In this document: positions 56,344-64,000 of the stretch, piece after piece
Layout of the letters: every line of letters begins with the position of its first letter
Position numbering within the stretch: position 1 is the stretch's first letter
Origin: Alkalispirochaeta sp.
GTDB lineage: Bacteria > Spirochaetota > Spirochaetia > DSM-27196 > Alkalispirochaetaceae
Reading direction: 5' to 3'
Assembly (NCBI GenBank): GCA_965601925.1
Contig: OZ271854.1
Coordinates: 4,960,001-5,024,000, forward strand
DNA: 64,000 bases
Notes under the pieces: generated by a model
The model's input: only the letters and a program-made list of their open reading frames with translations
Told to the model about the DNA's origin: nothing
The model's database searches: none
Translations under genes and position numbers: made by a program

Positions 56344-57899
56344 TCGGCAACCACCCGGGCGTCATCGATAATTACGTGGCTGTTCACCATAAACGTGCCG
56401 ACGACGCGTGCGTGTACGACCGCGAACGTCTCGGGCATGAAGAGCGGAATCCACGGCGTCTCATCCATCGCGATACGCTGCGCATCACGATACAATCGGT
56501 GTCGTCTATCGGGGTTCGATTCGCGACGAGCGAGATCGACCAGTCGATCGAACTCGGCGTTGTGATACGCGCTACGATTCGTACGCCCGGCCGCGTCACC
56601 GCTCAGATAGATACGCAGTAGATCGGGATCATTCCAACTGTAGCGGGTGAGCACGATGTCGTACTCACCGGCGGCGGCGGCGGCTCGCAGCGCGGCAAAA
56701 TCGAGAACGCGGATCCGCGCGACGATCCCGGCGCGCTCGAGCTGCGCCTGGACAACCGTCGCGATTGCGCGATGAGTCGGGAAACGGGAGGTGATGATGC
56801 GGACGGGCTCTTCTCCGTACTCGGCGGCGTGAACGAGCTCGCGCGCGGCGCGCACATCGTGTTGTATCGCTTCCACGGAGAGTTCGGGGGCATATCCGGG
56901 AATGGACGGCGGAATGAGCGTATCGACCGCCGTTCCGTCGCCGACGAGGGCGAGAATCTCCTCCCTATCGACGGCGTGGGCGACGGCGCGCCGCATCCTG
57001 AGATCGGAAAACGTCGCACTTTCCACGTTGAAACCGAGATACACCAACCCGCGAACGGCGTCGCTCATGAGCGAGAACTCCGTGCGATCGGCGACGCGCC
57101 GAGCCGCCGCACGGGAGGTGAAATAGGCCATATCGAGCTCTCCGGAAAGAAGCGCCTGTTCACGAGTCGCCTCGTGGGGTGTGAAAAAGATATTCAACCG
57201 GTCGACGGTGGAGCGCAACGATGGGTCGTCGGTCGGCCGATGGGCGCCGTAAAAGGAGTTCCGTACGAGCGTGACACGGCTCCCCGATATCCATTCTTCG
57301 ACGACATAGGGGCCCGTACCGACGGGAGATTCGCCGTACTCCGCTCCGCCGCGCTCAACGGCGACCGGATCCAACATCGCCGCGTACGCGTAGCTGAGGG
57401 CGCTCAAAAGCGGCGCGGACGGTTCGTTGAGCTCCAGGGAGACTCGGTGCGCATCCATAACGCGAATGCGCACGATGTTCTCGATCTCGGTGAAAATATG
57501 CGATCGCCGACCGATCCGTTGCAGTCGTTGGAGGGTATAGCGAACCGCCTCGCTATCGAAGGGTCGACCGTTGCTGAAGCGCACACCTCGGCGCAGCACG
57601 AACGTAACCGTCAGTCCGTCGGGCGATACCGTCCACGATTCGGCAAGATTCGGCACGAGGCGCCCGTCGCCGTCCTGATAGATAAGCGTATCGTAGATAT
57701 AGCTGTACAGGACGGGAGCACCGGGATGCATCGCACCGTGGGGATCGAACGTTGCCGGATCCATCGCGACCGCCATCGAGATGGTCTCGCCGGCCGACGC
57801 GAGCGGCACAAGAGCACACGATAGCACGAACAGAATCGCGATCACCCGCGGTACCCTCGCGATATGCGTTTCGGTGCGGTATCGCACCCCCGCGATCAC
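56340..57899 (-). CDS. ABC substrate-binding protein, family 5 (DppA/NikA/HbpA-like)
   Basis: DPATFDP, PNLAESW, LRRGVRFSNG, PVGTGPY, RRAVAHAVDR. Confidence 0.92.
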   Translation of the reverse strand: MIAGVRYRTETHIARVPRVIAILFVLSCALVPLASAGETISMAVAMDPATFDPHGAMHPGAPVLYSYIYDTLIYQDGDGRLVPNLAESWTVSPDGLTVTFVLRRGVRFSNGRPFDSEAVRYTLQRLQRIGRRSHIFTEIENIVRIRVMDAHRVSLELNEPSAPLLSALSYAYAAMLDPVAVERGGAEYGESPVGTGPYVVEEWISGSRVTLVRNSFYGAHRPTDDPSLRSTVDRLNIFFTPHEATREQALLSGELDMAYFTSRAAARRVADRTEFSLMSDAVRGLVYLGFNVESATFSDLRMRRAVAHAVDREEILALVGDGTAVDTLIPPSIPGYAPELSVEAIQHDVRAARELVHAAEYGEEPVRIITSRFPTHRAIATVVQAQLERAGIVARIRVLDFAALRAAAAAGEYDIVLTRYSWNDPDLLRIYLSGDAAGRTNRSAYHNAEFDRLVDLARRESNPDRRHRLYRDAQRIAMDETPWIPLFMPETFAVVHARVVGTFMVNSHVIIDDARVVAD

Positions 57900-59005
57900 G
57901 CGTTACTCCTGTGAGCCGCCGGCTCGTATGCGCAGTACGGCTCCTCGGCGAGGTAGTCGCCGGTGACGCCGTACGCTCGGGCCCGACAGCCGCCGCAGGC
58001 GTACCGAAACGCACACGCACCGCACTTACCGCCGACTGAGGCGGTATCGCGCAACCGGGCAAAGAGCGTGCTGTCGTTCCAGATCGATGCAAAAGACTCG
58101 TGCCGGATACTGCCCGCGGCCACGGGGAAATAGCCGCACGGGAACACGCGTCCGTCGTGGGAAATAAAAGCGACCGCGGAGCCGGCGAGACAACCCGTTG
58201 TACTACCGCGGCGACGCGCAACGCCGCCGGTCGGCACGCACGCATCCATCGTATCCGCCTCAGAAGCGCCTACCGAGGCGTTACGCATACGCACTACTCG
58301 TTGGTAGTGGGGCGCGCACGTCGCGCGTAATTCGAGATCGGGATTGGCGAGTTGCGCTTCGTACAGCCAGTTGAGAGTCGACTCGTACTCTTCGGCGTTG
58401 ATCATCTCGTCTTCGGCGATCGTCGCGCCGCATCCGACGGGTACCAAAAGAAACAGATGCAGCGCGACCGCCCCCATTTCATTCGCGAGGCCGATCATCG
58501 CATCCAGCTGATCGCTGTTGTGTTTCGCGACGGTCGTATTGACCTGGACCTCGACACCCACGGCGCGGAGCGCCGCCGCCCCCGCCAGCGCCGCCGAGAA
58601 AGACCCCGTCACGCCCCGAAAACGATCGTGTGTATCGGCATCGGCTCCGTCGAACGAGATCGCGACGCGCCGGATACCGACTCCGGCGATACGGCCCGCC
58701 GCCGCCCGGTCTACCAGTGTACCGTTAGTGGCCAAGGCGACCGGTACGTGTTGAGCGCGCGCGTAGTCGGCGAGATGGTATATGTCGGGACGCATTAGCG
58801 CCTCGCCGCCCGAGAGAACAAGAATCGGACGACCGAACTCTTGCAACTGATCGATCATCGCCTCCGCCTCAGCGGTGGAAAGATCTACCGGTGAGAGGTG
58901 TTCAACCGCGTCGAGGCGCCGGCAATGTCGGCATTTGAGATTACAACCCGCCGTAGTCTCCCAAAAAACCAATCGTGGGTGTCGGTAACCGTGCGTTGAG
59001 CTCAT
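57896..59005 (-). CDS. Radical SAM/SPASM protein, NirJ/AhbD-like (heme biosynthesis)
   Basis: LVFWETTAGCNLKCRHCR, SGGEALMRPD, LVPVGCG, TCAPHY, GCLAG and CGAC..CGGCRARAY..EEPYC; follows a ferrochelatase. Confidence 0.8.
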   Translation of the reverse strand: MSSTHGYRHPRLVFWETTAGCNLKCRHCRRLDAVEHLSPVDLSTAEAEAMIDQLQEFGRPILVLSGGEALMRPDIYHLADYARAQHVPVALATNGTLVDRAAAGRIAGVGIRRVAISFDGADADTHDRFRGVTGSFSAALAGAAALRAVGVEVQVNTTVAKHNSDQLDAMIGLANEMGAVALHLFLLVPVGCGATIAEDEMINAEEYESTLNWLYEAQLANPDLELRATCAPHYQRVVRMRNASVGASEADTMDACVPTGGVARRRGSTTGCLAGSAVAFISHDGRVFPCGYFPVAAGSIRHESFASIWNDSTLFARLRDTASVGGKCGACAFRYACGGCRARAYGVTGDYLAEEPYCAYEPAAHRSNA

Positions 59006-59092
59006 GTGTCGCGCTGACTCTTTCGTTGATTGTAGTACATTTCGCACCGTGACGGTAGTTTGTCCGTCGGAAAACGCGCGGAATCGGCGCCT

Positions 59093-60010
59093 CTATCGAG
59101 ACTCCGTATGCTCCTCGACGAGATCGGCGAACAGCGCCGGGAACGATGCGTGTCTCCCCGCCGGTTGTGCGCGCGCCATATCGACACCCAGCGACTCGGC
59201 GATACCGCGCAACTCGACGTCCAAATCGTAGGAGATCTCCATGTTGTCGACCACGAATCCGACGGGAACGACCAGAATACGGGAGACCGACGCCTCGGCC
59301 GCCGATCGCAGACAGGATTCGATCGACGGACCCAGCCATGGGCGCCGCGGCGAGCCGCTCCGACTCTGATATCCGAACACGGACTCGCTCAACCCGACCT
59401 CGTTCATCACCAGACGTACCGTTTCGACGAGCTCCCCGGTGTACGTCTCGACATCGCTCGCGTCGACCGGCACACTGTGTGCCGAGAAGAGCACCCGGTC
59501 AAATGTGTCGAGCGCTCCCTCGGCGAGCATGGCGTCGGCAACCGCACGAATGTGACGCGAGTGGTTGTAGTATCGCCTCGCCATCACCACCACCGGCGCG
59601 CGATCTCCCACCGTCGAGCGGGCCGTCTCGATCGCCTCTACGTATCTTCCGTAGCCGATGTAACCGCCGAACGGGCTCGTCGTAACCGCGAGCGCCCGCC
59701 GCACTCCGTCGTCGGCCATCCGCCGCATCGTCTCCACGAGGCGCGGCCGTCCGTACCGATTCCCCCAATAGACCGCACACGATACGCTGCGCCGCTCCAA
59801 CTCCCCGGCAAGGCCGGCAACGATGCTGCGAACGTGCGCGTTCAAAGGACTCACACCATCGAAGAGCCGATAGTGTGAGGCGACCTCTCGTCGCCGAGAC
59901 GCGGGTACGGGAGTTCCGCTCAGCACCTCGTCGAGAAAGGGTTCTACCTCTTCCGGCCCCTCGGGACCGCCGTAAGAAACCACCAGGACGGCATCGAATA
60001 CATCACGCAA
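59093..60010 (-). CDS. hemH: Ferrochelatase (HemH/CpfC family)
   Basis: VSYGGPE, GVSPLN, YWGNRY, FSAHSVP, YQSRSG..PWLGP, PVGFVVDNME; TTG start 6 nt after GGAGGT. Confidence 0.88.
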   Translation of the reverse strand: MRDVFDAVLVVSYGGPEGPEEVEPFLDEVLSGTPVPASRRREVASHYRLFDGVSPLNAHVRSIVAGLAGELERRSVSCAVYWGNRYGRPRLVETMRRMADDGVRRALAVTTSPFGGYIGYGRYVEAIETARSTVGDRAPVVVMARRYYNHSRHIRAVADAMLAEGALDTFDRVLFSAHSVPVDASDVETYTGELVETVRLVMNEVGLSESVFGYQSRSGSPRRPWLGPSIESCLRSAAEASVSRILVVPVGFVVDNMEISYDLDVELRGIAESLGVDMARAQPAGRHASFPALFADLVEEHTESR

Positions 60011-60286
60011 AAGCGGACCTCCAAGTATGCAAGGGGCGGATGCGGCGCCGACTCCGGACGAACCGTCGGTCGAGATGCATCGCGGCACCCACATGAAGTA
60101 TAGATGATACGACGCATCGATGAGGCGAATCGTCGGTGGATGGAGTAATCGATCCCCACCGGAACGGATCGCGAGCGAACCGCCGCGACGCCCAACTGCC
60201 GGTCGACGAGTGGGAAGACGCGCGCCGCCTCGATACATTCGCCCGTTCGACTTGTCTAACGGCGGGGTGCACGGTACGTTTGAAGT

Positions 60287-60928
60287 ATGAAGCGTTTTGT
60301 CATATTGTCTCTTCTCTACCTGGCGGGAGTGCTCCTGGTGGTAGGCGCTCAAACTCATCCGACGGTGGTGTATACCGAGGGTGACGTGAGGGTCGACGGG
60401 GAAGAAGTGTACATCGGGCAGCGTGTCGAGGCGGGTTCGTGGATCCAAACCGGAAATGACGGATACTGCGAGGTCCAGTTCGAAGGACCCAACATCATCC
60501 AGTTCCAGCCGGATACGGTGGCGCGGATCTCGGTGAACGCCGCGGGTCGCGACCTCGATCTCAGAACCGGGGCCGTGGCGATGGTCCTCGATCGAATACA
60601 CACGATCTCGCAAAACATCACCGGCGGCTTTGCCGTACGAACGCCGACGGCGGTGGCCGGCGTTCGCGGCACGGCGTTTTTCATCATGGTAGAGTCCCAA
60701 ACTTCGACCTACGTGTGTACGTGTAACGGTGTTCTCGAACAGAGCACCACCGAGAGCGGCGATTTCGTGACGGTGGAGGCCGAACATCACGAAGCGTATC
60801 GTTTTTCCGCCGAGGGTGGGGACATCGTCCGTCGGCCCGCTCCGATACTCTACCACACCGACGAGCATATGGATCTTCTTGCCGAGAAGATCGAGGTTAC
60901 GATCCCGTGGGGAACGATCGAGGACTAA
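60287..60928 (+). CDS. Exported FecR-domain protein
   Basis: Signal peptide; IQTGNDG, VRTPTAVAGVRGTAF. Confidence 0.82.
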   Translation: MKRFVILSLLYLAGVLLVVGAQTHPTVVYTEGDVRVDGEEVYIGQRVEAGSWIQTGNDGYCEVQFEGPNIIQFQPDTVARISVNAAGRDLDLRTGAVAMVLDRIHTISQNITGGFAVRTPTAVAGVRGTAFFIMVESQTSTYVCTCNGVLEQSTTESGDFVTVEAEHHEAYRFSAEGGDIVRRPAPILYHTDEHMDLLAEKIEVTIPWGTIED

Positions 60929-60944
60929 AAGCGTCCCCGTAGCG

Positions 60945-61421
60945 TTAACGGGGAACGGCGCCGGCGCCGGCCAGCGTCTGGTTGGCGTACCGTCGATCCT
61001 CGGTCACCTCTCGAGCGAACCACTGCGGCGCCCGGAAATCCCGCGCCGCCCGGAGGCTGTCAAACTCCACTTCGGCCACAACCAATCCCGAAAGCGTTCC
61101 GTGATATACGTCAAGTTCGATCACCTCGTCGCCGAAAGGGACTCGATAGCGCGTCTTTTCCAATCGTGCGGCAGCGGTAAGGGGCCACAGTCGGCCGTAC
61201 TGCACCGCATCCAGGGAGATTTCGACCTCCTCGCGCGCCGGTGGCGCACCGCGTTTTATCGTGAGGCGGATGTCCTCGTCGCTACGACGGATGCGCACCT
61301 CGCCGCGGACGCCGGCGACGATGAGATATCCCTGCACGATAGAGCGCGGCTCGGCGCGCTCCTGGACCGCAAGAACCGTCGGATGGAGCGGATTGCAGAC
61401 GAACTTGCGTTCGACTTCCAT
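60945..61421 (-). CDS. CYTH domain (triphosphate tunnel metalloenzyme) protein
   Basis: MEVERKF (ExExK), QGYL, VRIR, EKTRY, VAEVEF. Confidence 0.92.
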   Translation of the reverse strand: MEVERKFVCNPLHPTVLAVQERAEPRSIVQGYLIVAGVRGEVRIRRSDEDIRLTIKRGAPPAREEVEISLDAVQYGRLWPLTAAARLEKTRYRVPFGDEVIELDVYHGTLSGLVVAEVEFDSLRAARDFRAPQWFAREVTEDRRYANQTLAGAGAVPR

Positions 61422-62167
61422 CACACCGTTATCCCGAGGTGTTCGGCACAAAGATCCCAAAGACGGTCAAACTCGCCACCGATCTCTCCGCGGCGCTTCA
61501 TGGCGCCGATCGGCAATCGCTCTGAGCTCATACGCTCGACAATCGAGGAATACGGAATGACGATCGGCCACACCTCGGAGCGGGGTCGTAGCTCCTCGAT
61601 CGTCCGTTTGTGCAAGGTCCGTCTTCGGTCGACGAGCGATAAGAAGGCGCGTACGGTTCCGCTACCCTTGTGTTTTCCGAGGAATCGCTGCATCGTCGAG
61701 AATCCCTCGACGGCCAGGGGTGTGGGAACGAGCGGCACCAGTATCAAATCGGCGGCTACGGCGATGCTTTCACTCTCCAGGCTCAAGCCGGCGGGCGCAT
61801 CGACCACCGCAAGATCGTAGGATTTGCCCACCTTCTTGACCGTCTCCTTCAGACGATCCCTGGAGTCCTCGAGGTCGTCCAGCATTTGCGGCAACTTCCG
61901 AAAAGAGAGAGACGCCGGCAGGATATCAAGGTGCGGAAAGTCGGACCCTTGAATAGCGTCGGCGAGCGACTTCTTCGCGCGTACGATCTCTTTGGCGCTG
62001 GCGGCGTGATTCCCTTCGGCGCGAAGGATGTACGTTGCGGCGGCCTGCGCATCGAGATCGACCAATAGCGTCTTCACCCCCATCGATGCGGCGCTATACG
62101 CAAGGTTCACGGCGGCGGTCGTCTTCCCGACTCCCCCCTTCAGGTGTGCGAGCGCGACGGTTTTCAT
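61421..62167 (-). CDS. ParA/Soj family ATPase (orphan)
   Basis: Deviant Walker A KGGVGKTT, LVDLDAQ, VVDAPA. Confidence 0.92.
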   Translation of the reverse strand: MKTVALAHLKGGVGKTTAAVNLAYSAASMGVKTLLVDLDAQAAATYILRAEGNHAASAKEIVRAKKSLADAIQGSDFPHLDILPASLSFRKLPQMLDDLEDSRDRLKETVKKVGKSYDLAVVDAPAGLSLESESIAVAADLILVPLVPTPLAVEGFSTMQRFLGKHKGSGTVRAFLSLVDRRRTLHKRTIEELRPRSEVWPIVIPYSSIVERMSSERLPIGAMKRRGEIGGEFDRLWDLCAEHLGITV

Positions 62168-63708
62168 AGTGCTTTCCTCCTTAGATACTCAAAGACGGCC
62201 TCTCTGCTCGCCCGTTTCTCTCGGGAGATCGCCTCTACGAGCGCTCCGAGAGCCGCGGCAACTCCGGGAGGCAAATCGTCACCCGCAGCGATCAGGTCGG
62301 CCAGTCTCGATTGTTCGACGCACAAGTCATTGAATCGACCCAAACGATCTTGAAAGTACTTCAGTTTTTTCACACTTTCGTTAGCGCGTATCCCCGAGAC
62401 CTCTCCCAAAATTTCCCGTACGTACCGATATCGTTTACCGCGAATCCGCAGGCGATGGAGCGCCTCGTCGGTAACCTCGTTGTGATGGAGATGGTAGTCC
62501 TCAACCAGCGCGTGCCATCCCCGTCGGAACGCACGACGACGCCTTTTTATGACGCGACGGGCCGTCTCGCGCGTGGGACCACCGATGGGAGGAGTGTTAT
62601 CGAGGAGCATATCGACCGCGTCGTCGGACAGATAGCGCTCGATCTCCCGTTTCACGACGTCGTACGCTTCGGCACGTCGTCCCTCGACGTACCGAAAGAA
62701 CGCCTCTACCGCCGATTCGAACATCGGCTCAACCATCGCGGCGTAGCGTCGGCGAGACAGGAGGAGGACATCCAGCTCACGCGCAGGGCCCGTTGCACGC
62801 GCGAGTCGCCGCACCGCCTCTCGAGCGCGGCCTACCTCCTCGGCCGGCAGCGACGCGCAGGCGTAGTCGATATATGTTCGCATTCGTCGAGTCGCTACAC
62901 GCAGATCGTGGAGAAACTCGGTGTCGATCGCCGCGGCGACACCGGGTGCGTTCAACCGAATCGTGTCGCGCAGGTACCCGATGACGAGGGCGTGCGTCCG
63001 GGCGGCCGGCTCATCGCCTTTGATCGCCAAACGTACTTTGGTCGAATAGTCGAAAAGCCGTCTCCCCGATAGTGCAAGCGCCTCCTCAACGATCGTGTAC
63101 GCCGGCACCGCGCCGAATCCGCGCATCATCTCGTCTACGATCCGGCGATATCCGCGAAGCGGGAGCAGTCGAATGAACCGGGCGGTCACGGAGCTCCCGG
63201 CGGCGGGGGCAATATCGAACGCTTGTGCGTAGGCCACGATTTTACGCGCGCGATTACGCACCTCCCACACGCGCTCCCGAAATGGGGTGCGGGAGGCTAC
63301 CAGTAGCGCCCTATGGTTCGTCTCGGCCGAAGCGGCGGCCGCGACCGCCGCACCCGTCCCGCCGTCGGGGAAGAATCGCTCGGGCAGCGGGACGATACCG
63401 CGTGACGGTCGCCGGGGGCATCGCACCGCCGTATCGACTGCGATCCCGTCGTCGGGTACGAGCCGCACCGCAACGCCTCCCCGCGCGGCGAGGCTCCACG
63501 TCGTCGTATCGATAACCTCGAGAACTCCCGAGGACTGCGACACTTTTCTCGCCGTCAGCGCTCCGTCGTCGCCGGATACGTGCGCCGGCATGCGTACCTG
63601 GTCGCCGCGAAACCATCGATCAACGAACGTCTCGTCGAGCGACAACTCGGTAGAGAACGTCCCCAGGCCCCTGGAGCCTCGACGTAACGCGTTCGATCCA
63701 CGTCCCAT
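62164..63708 (-). CDS. CHAD domain (polyphosphate-binding) protein with N-terminal extension
   Basis: FLHDLRVATRRMR, RELDV, LHRLRIRGKRYRY, FQDRLGRFND; start uncertain (63708 or 63594). Confidence 0.85.
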   Translation of the reverse strand: MGRGSNALRRGSRGLGTFSTELSLDETFVDRWFRGDQVRMPAHVSGDDGALTARKVSQSSGVLEVIDTTTWSLAARGGVAVRLVPDDGIAVDTAVRCPRRPSRGIVPLPERFFPDGGTGAAVAAAASAETNHRALLVASRTPFRERVWEVRNRARKIVAYAQAFDIAPAAGSSVTARFIRLLPLRGYRRIVDEMMRGFGAVPAYTIVEEALALSGRRLFDYSTKVRLAIKGDEPAARTHALVIGYLRDTIRLNAPGVAAAIDTEFLHDLRVATRRMRTYIDYACASLPAEEVGRAREAVRRLARATGPARELDVLLLSRRRYAAMVEPMFESAVEAFFRYVEGRRAEAYDVVKREIERYLSDDAVDMLLDNTPPIGGPTRETARRVIKRRRRAFRRGWHALVEDYHLHHNEVTDEALHRLRIRGKRYRYVREILGEVSGIRANESVKKLKYFQDRLGRFNDLCVEQSRLADLIAAGDDLPPGVAAALGALVEAISREKRASREAVFEYLRRKAL

Positions 63709-63715
63709 TCGGCGT

Positions 63716-64000
63716 CTATCCTCTCTTCCGCGTTGTAGTGGCGTAGCGAGCGGCACCCGCGATGGAGCGTAAACCCATATGGCGTTGCACGAGGTCGAGA
63801 TCGTGCGTCCGTTCAAAGAGGCGATGTGCAAATGTGTGGCGCAACAATGAGGGCCGAACCGGGCGCGCGATTCCGGCATCTCGCCCATACTCGGCCAAGA
63901 AACGACGTACGTATCGATTACTCAAAGGACCACCGCGCCGGGTGGTAAATACCAGATCGGTATCGGTATGATCGGGACGCGCCGCAAGCCATATCGTGAG
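63716..64000 (-). CDS. Tyrosine recombinase (XerC/D-like) C-terminal part, cut by the window edge, with degenerate catalytic motifs
   Basis: LVFTTRRGGPLSNRYV..AGI..PSLLRHTFA..DLDLVQRHMGLRS..ARY. Confidence 0.8.
   Translation of the reverse strand, partial: LTIWLAARPDHTDTDLVFTTRRGGPLSNRYVRRFLAEYGRDAGIARPVRPSLLRHTFAHRLFERTHDLDLVQRHMGLRSIAGAARYATTTRKRG

Noticed and set aside
60011..60250. Cobalamin or other riboswitch upstream of hemH
   Set aside because: No B12-box or other aptamer motif was found on the coding strand.
60011..60868. N-terminal 286-aa extension of the ferrochelatase ORF
   Set aside because: It is antisense to the FecR-domain gene; family similarity starts at TTG 60010 after a strong SD.
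61421..64000. Prophage, plasmid or ICE boundary suggested by ParA plus recombinase
   Set aside because: No parB, rep, att or phage genes; ParA is coupled to CHAD and CYTH, and the recombinase motifs are degenerate.

Overview
Gene-dense, GC-rich bacterial chromosome segment. The 'FA-x-G-x-x-E' binding-protein N-termini, acidic periplasmic proteins and Na+-based bioenergetics suggest a free-living, probably halo/alkaliphilic spirochaete (inference). Contents in order: a MATE pump; an oadGAB Na+-pumping decarboxylase operon converging on a TRAP transporter plus a Cache-type/NarL two-component system; csoR and an FAD oxidoreductase; an L-ascorbate (ula) PTS cluster with HPr and EI but no ulaF; an Mrp Na+/H+ antiporter operon preceded by a 5-unit palindromic tandem array; a TetR cassette; an RpiR/HexR-controlled sugar-acid TRAP/catabolic operon; a YesMN-type system with two MglB proteins and mglAC; two ECF sigma modules; a ferrochelatase / AhbD-like radical SAM / Dpp-type importer operon; and CHAD-ParA-CYTH behind a degenerate tyrosine recombinase that runs off the window end. 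The main signals beyond the gene list are: (1) a 79-bp promoter/leader present twice in inverted orientation (69/79 identical) before oadG and dctP, with a shared palindromic operator; (2) a possible porphyrin-salvage operon; (3) an orphan ParA embedded among polyphosphate genes; (4) recurrent leaderless promoters and a probable CTG start codon. No rRNA, tRNA, CRISPR array or transposase was recognised.
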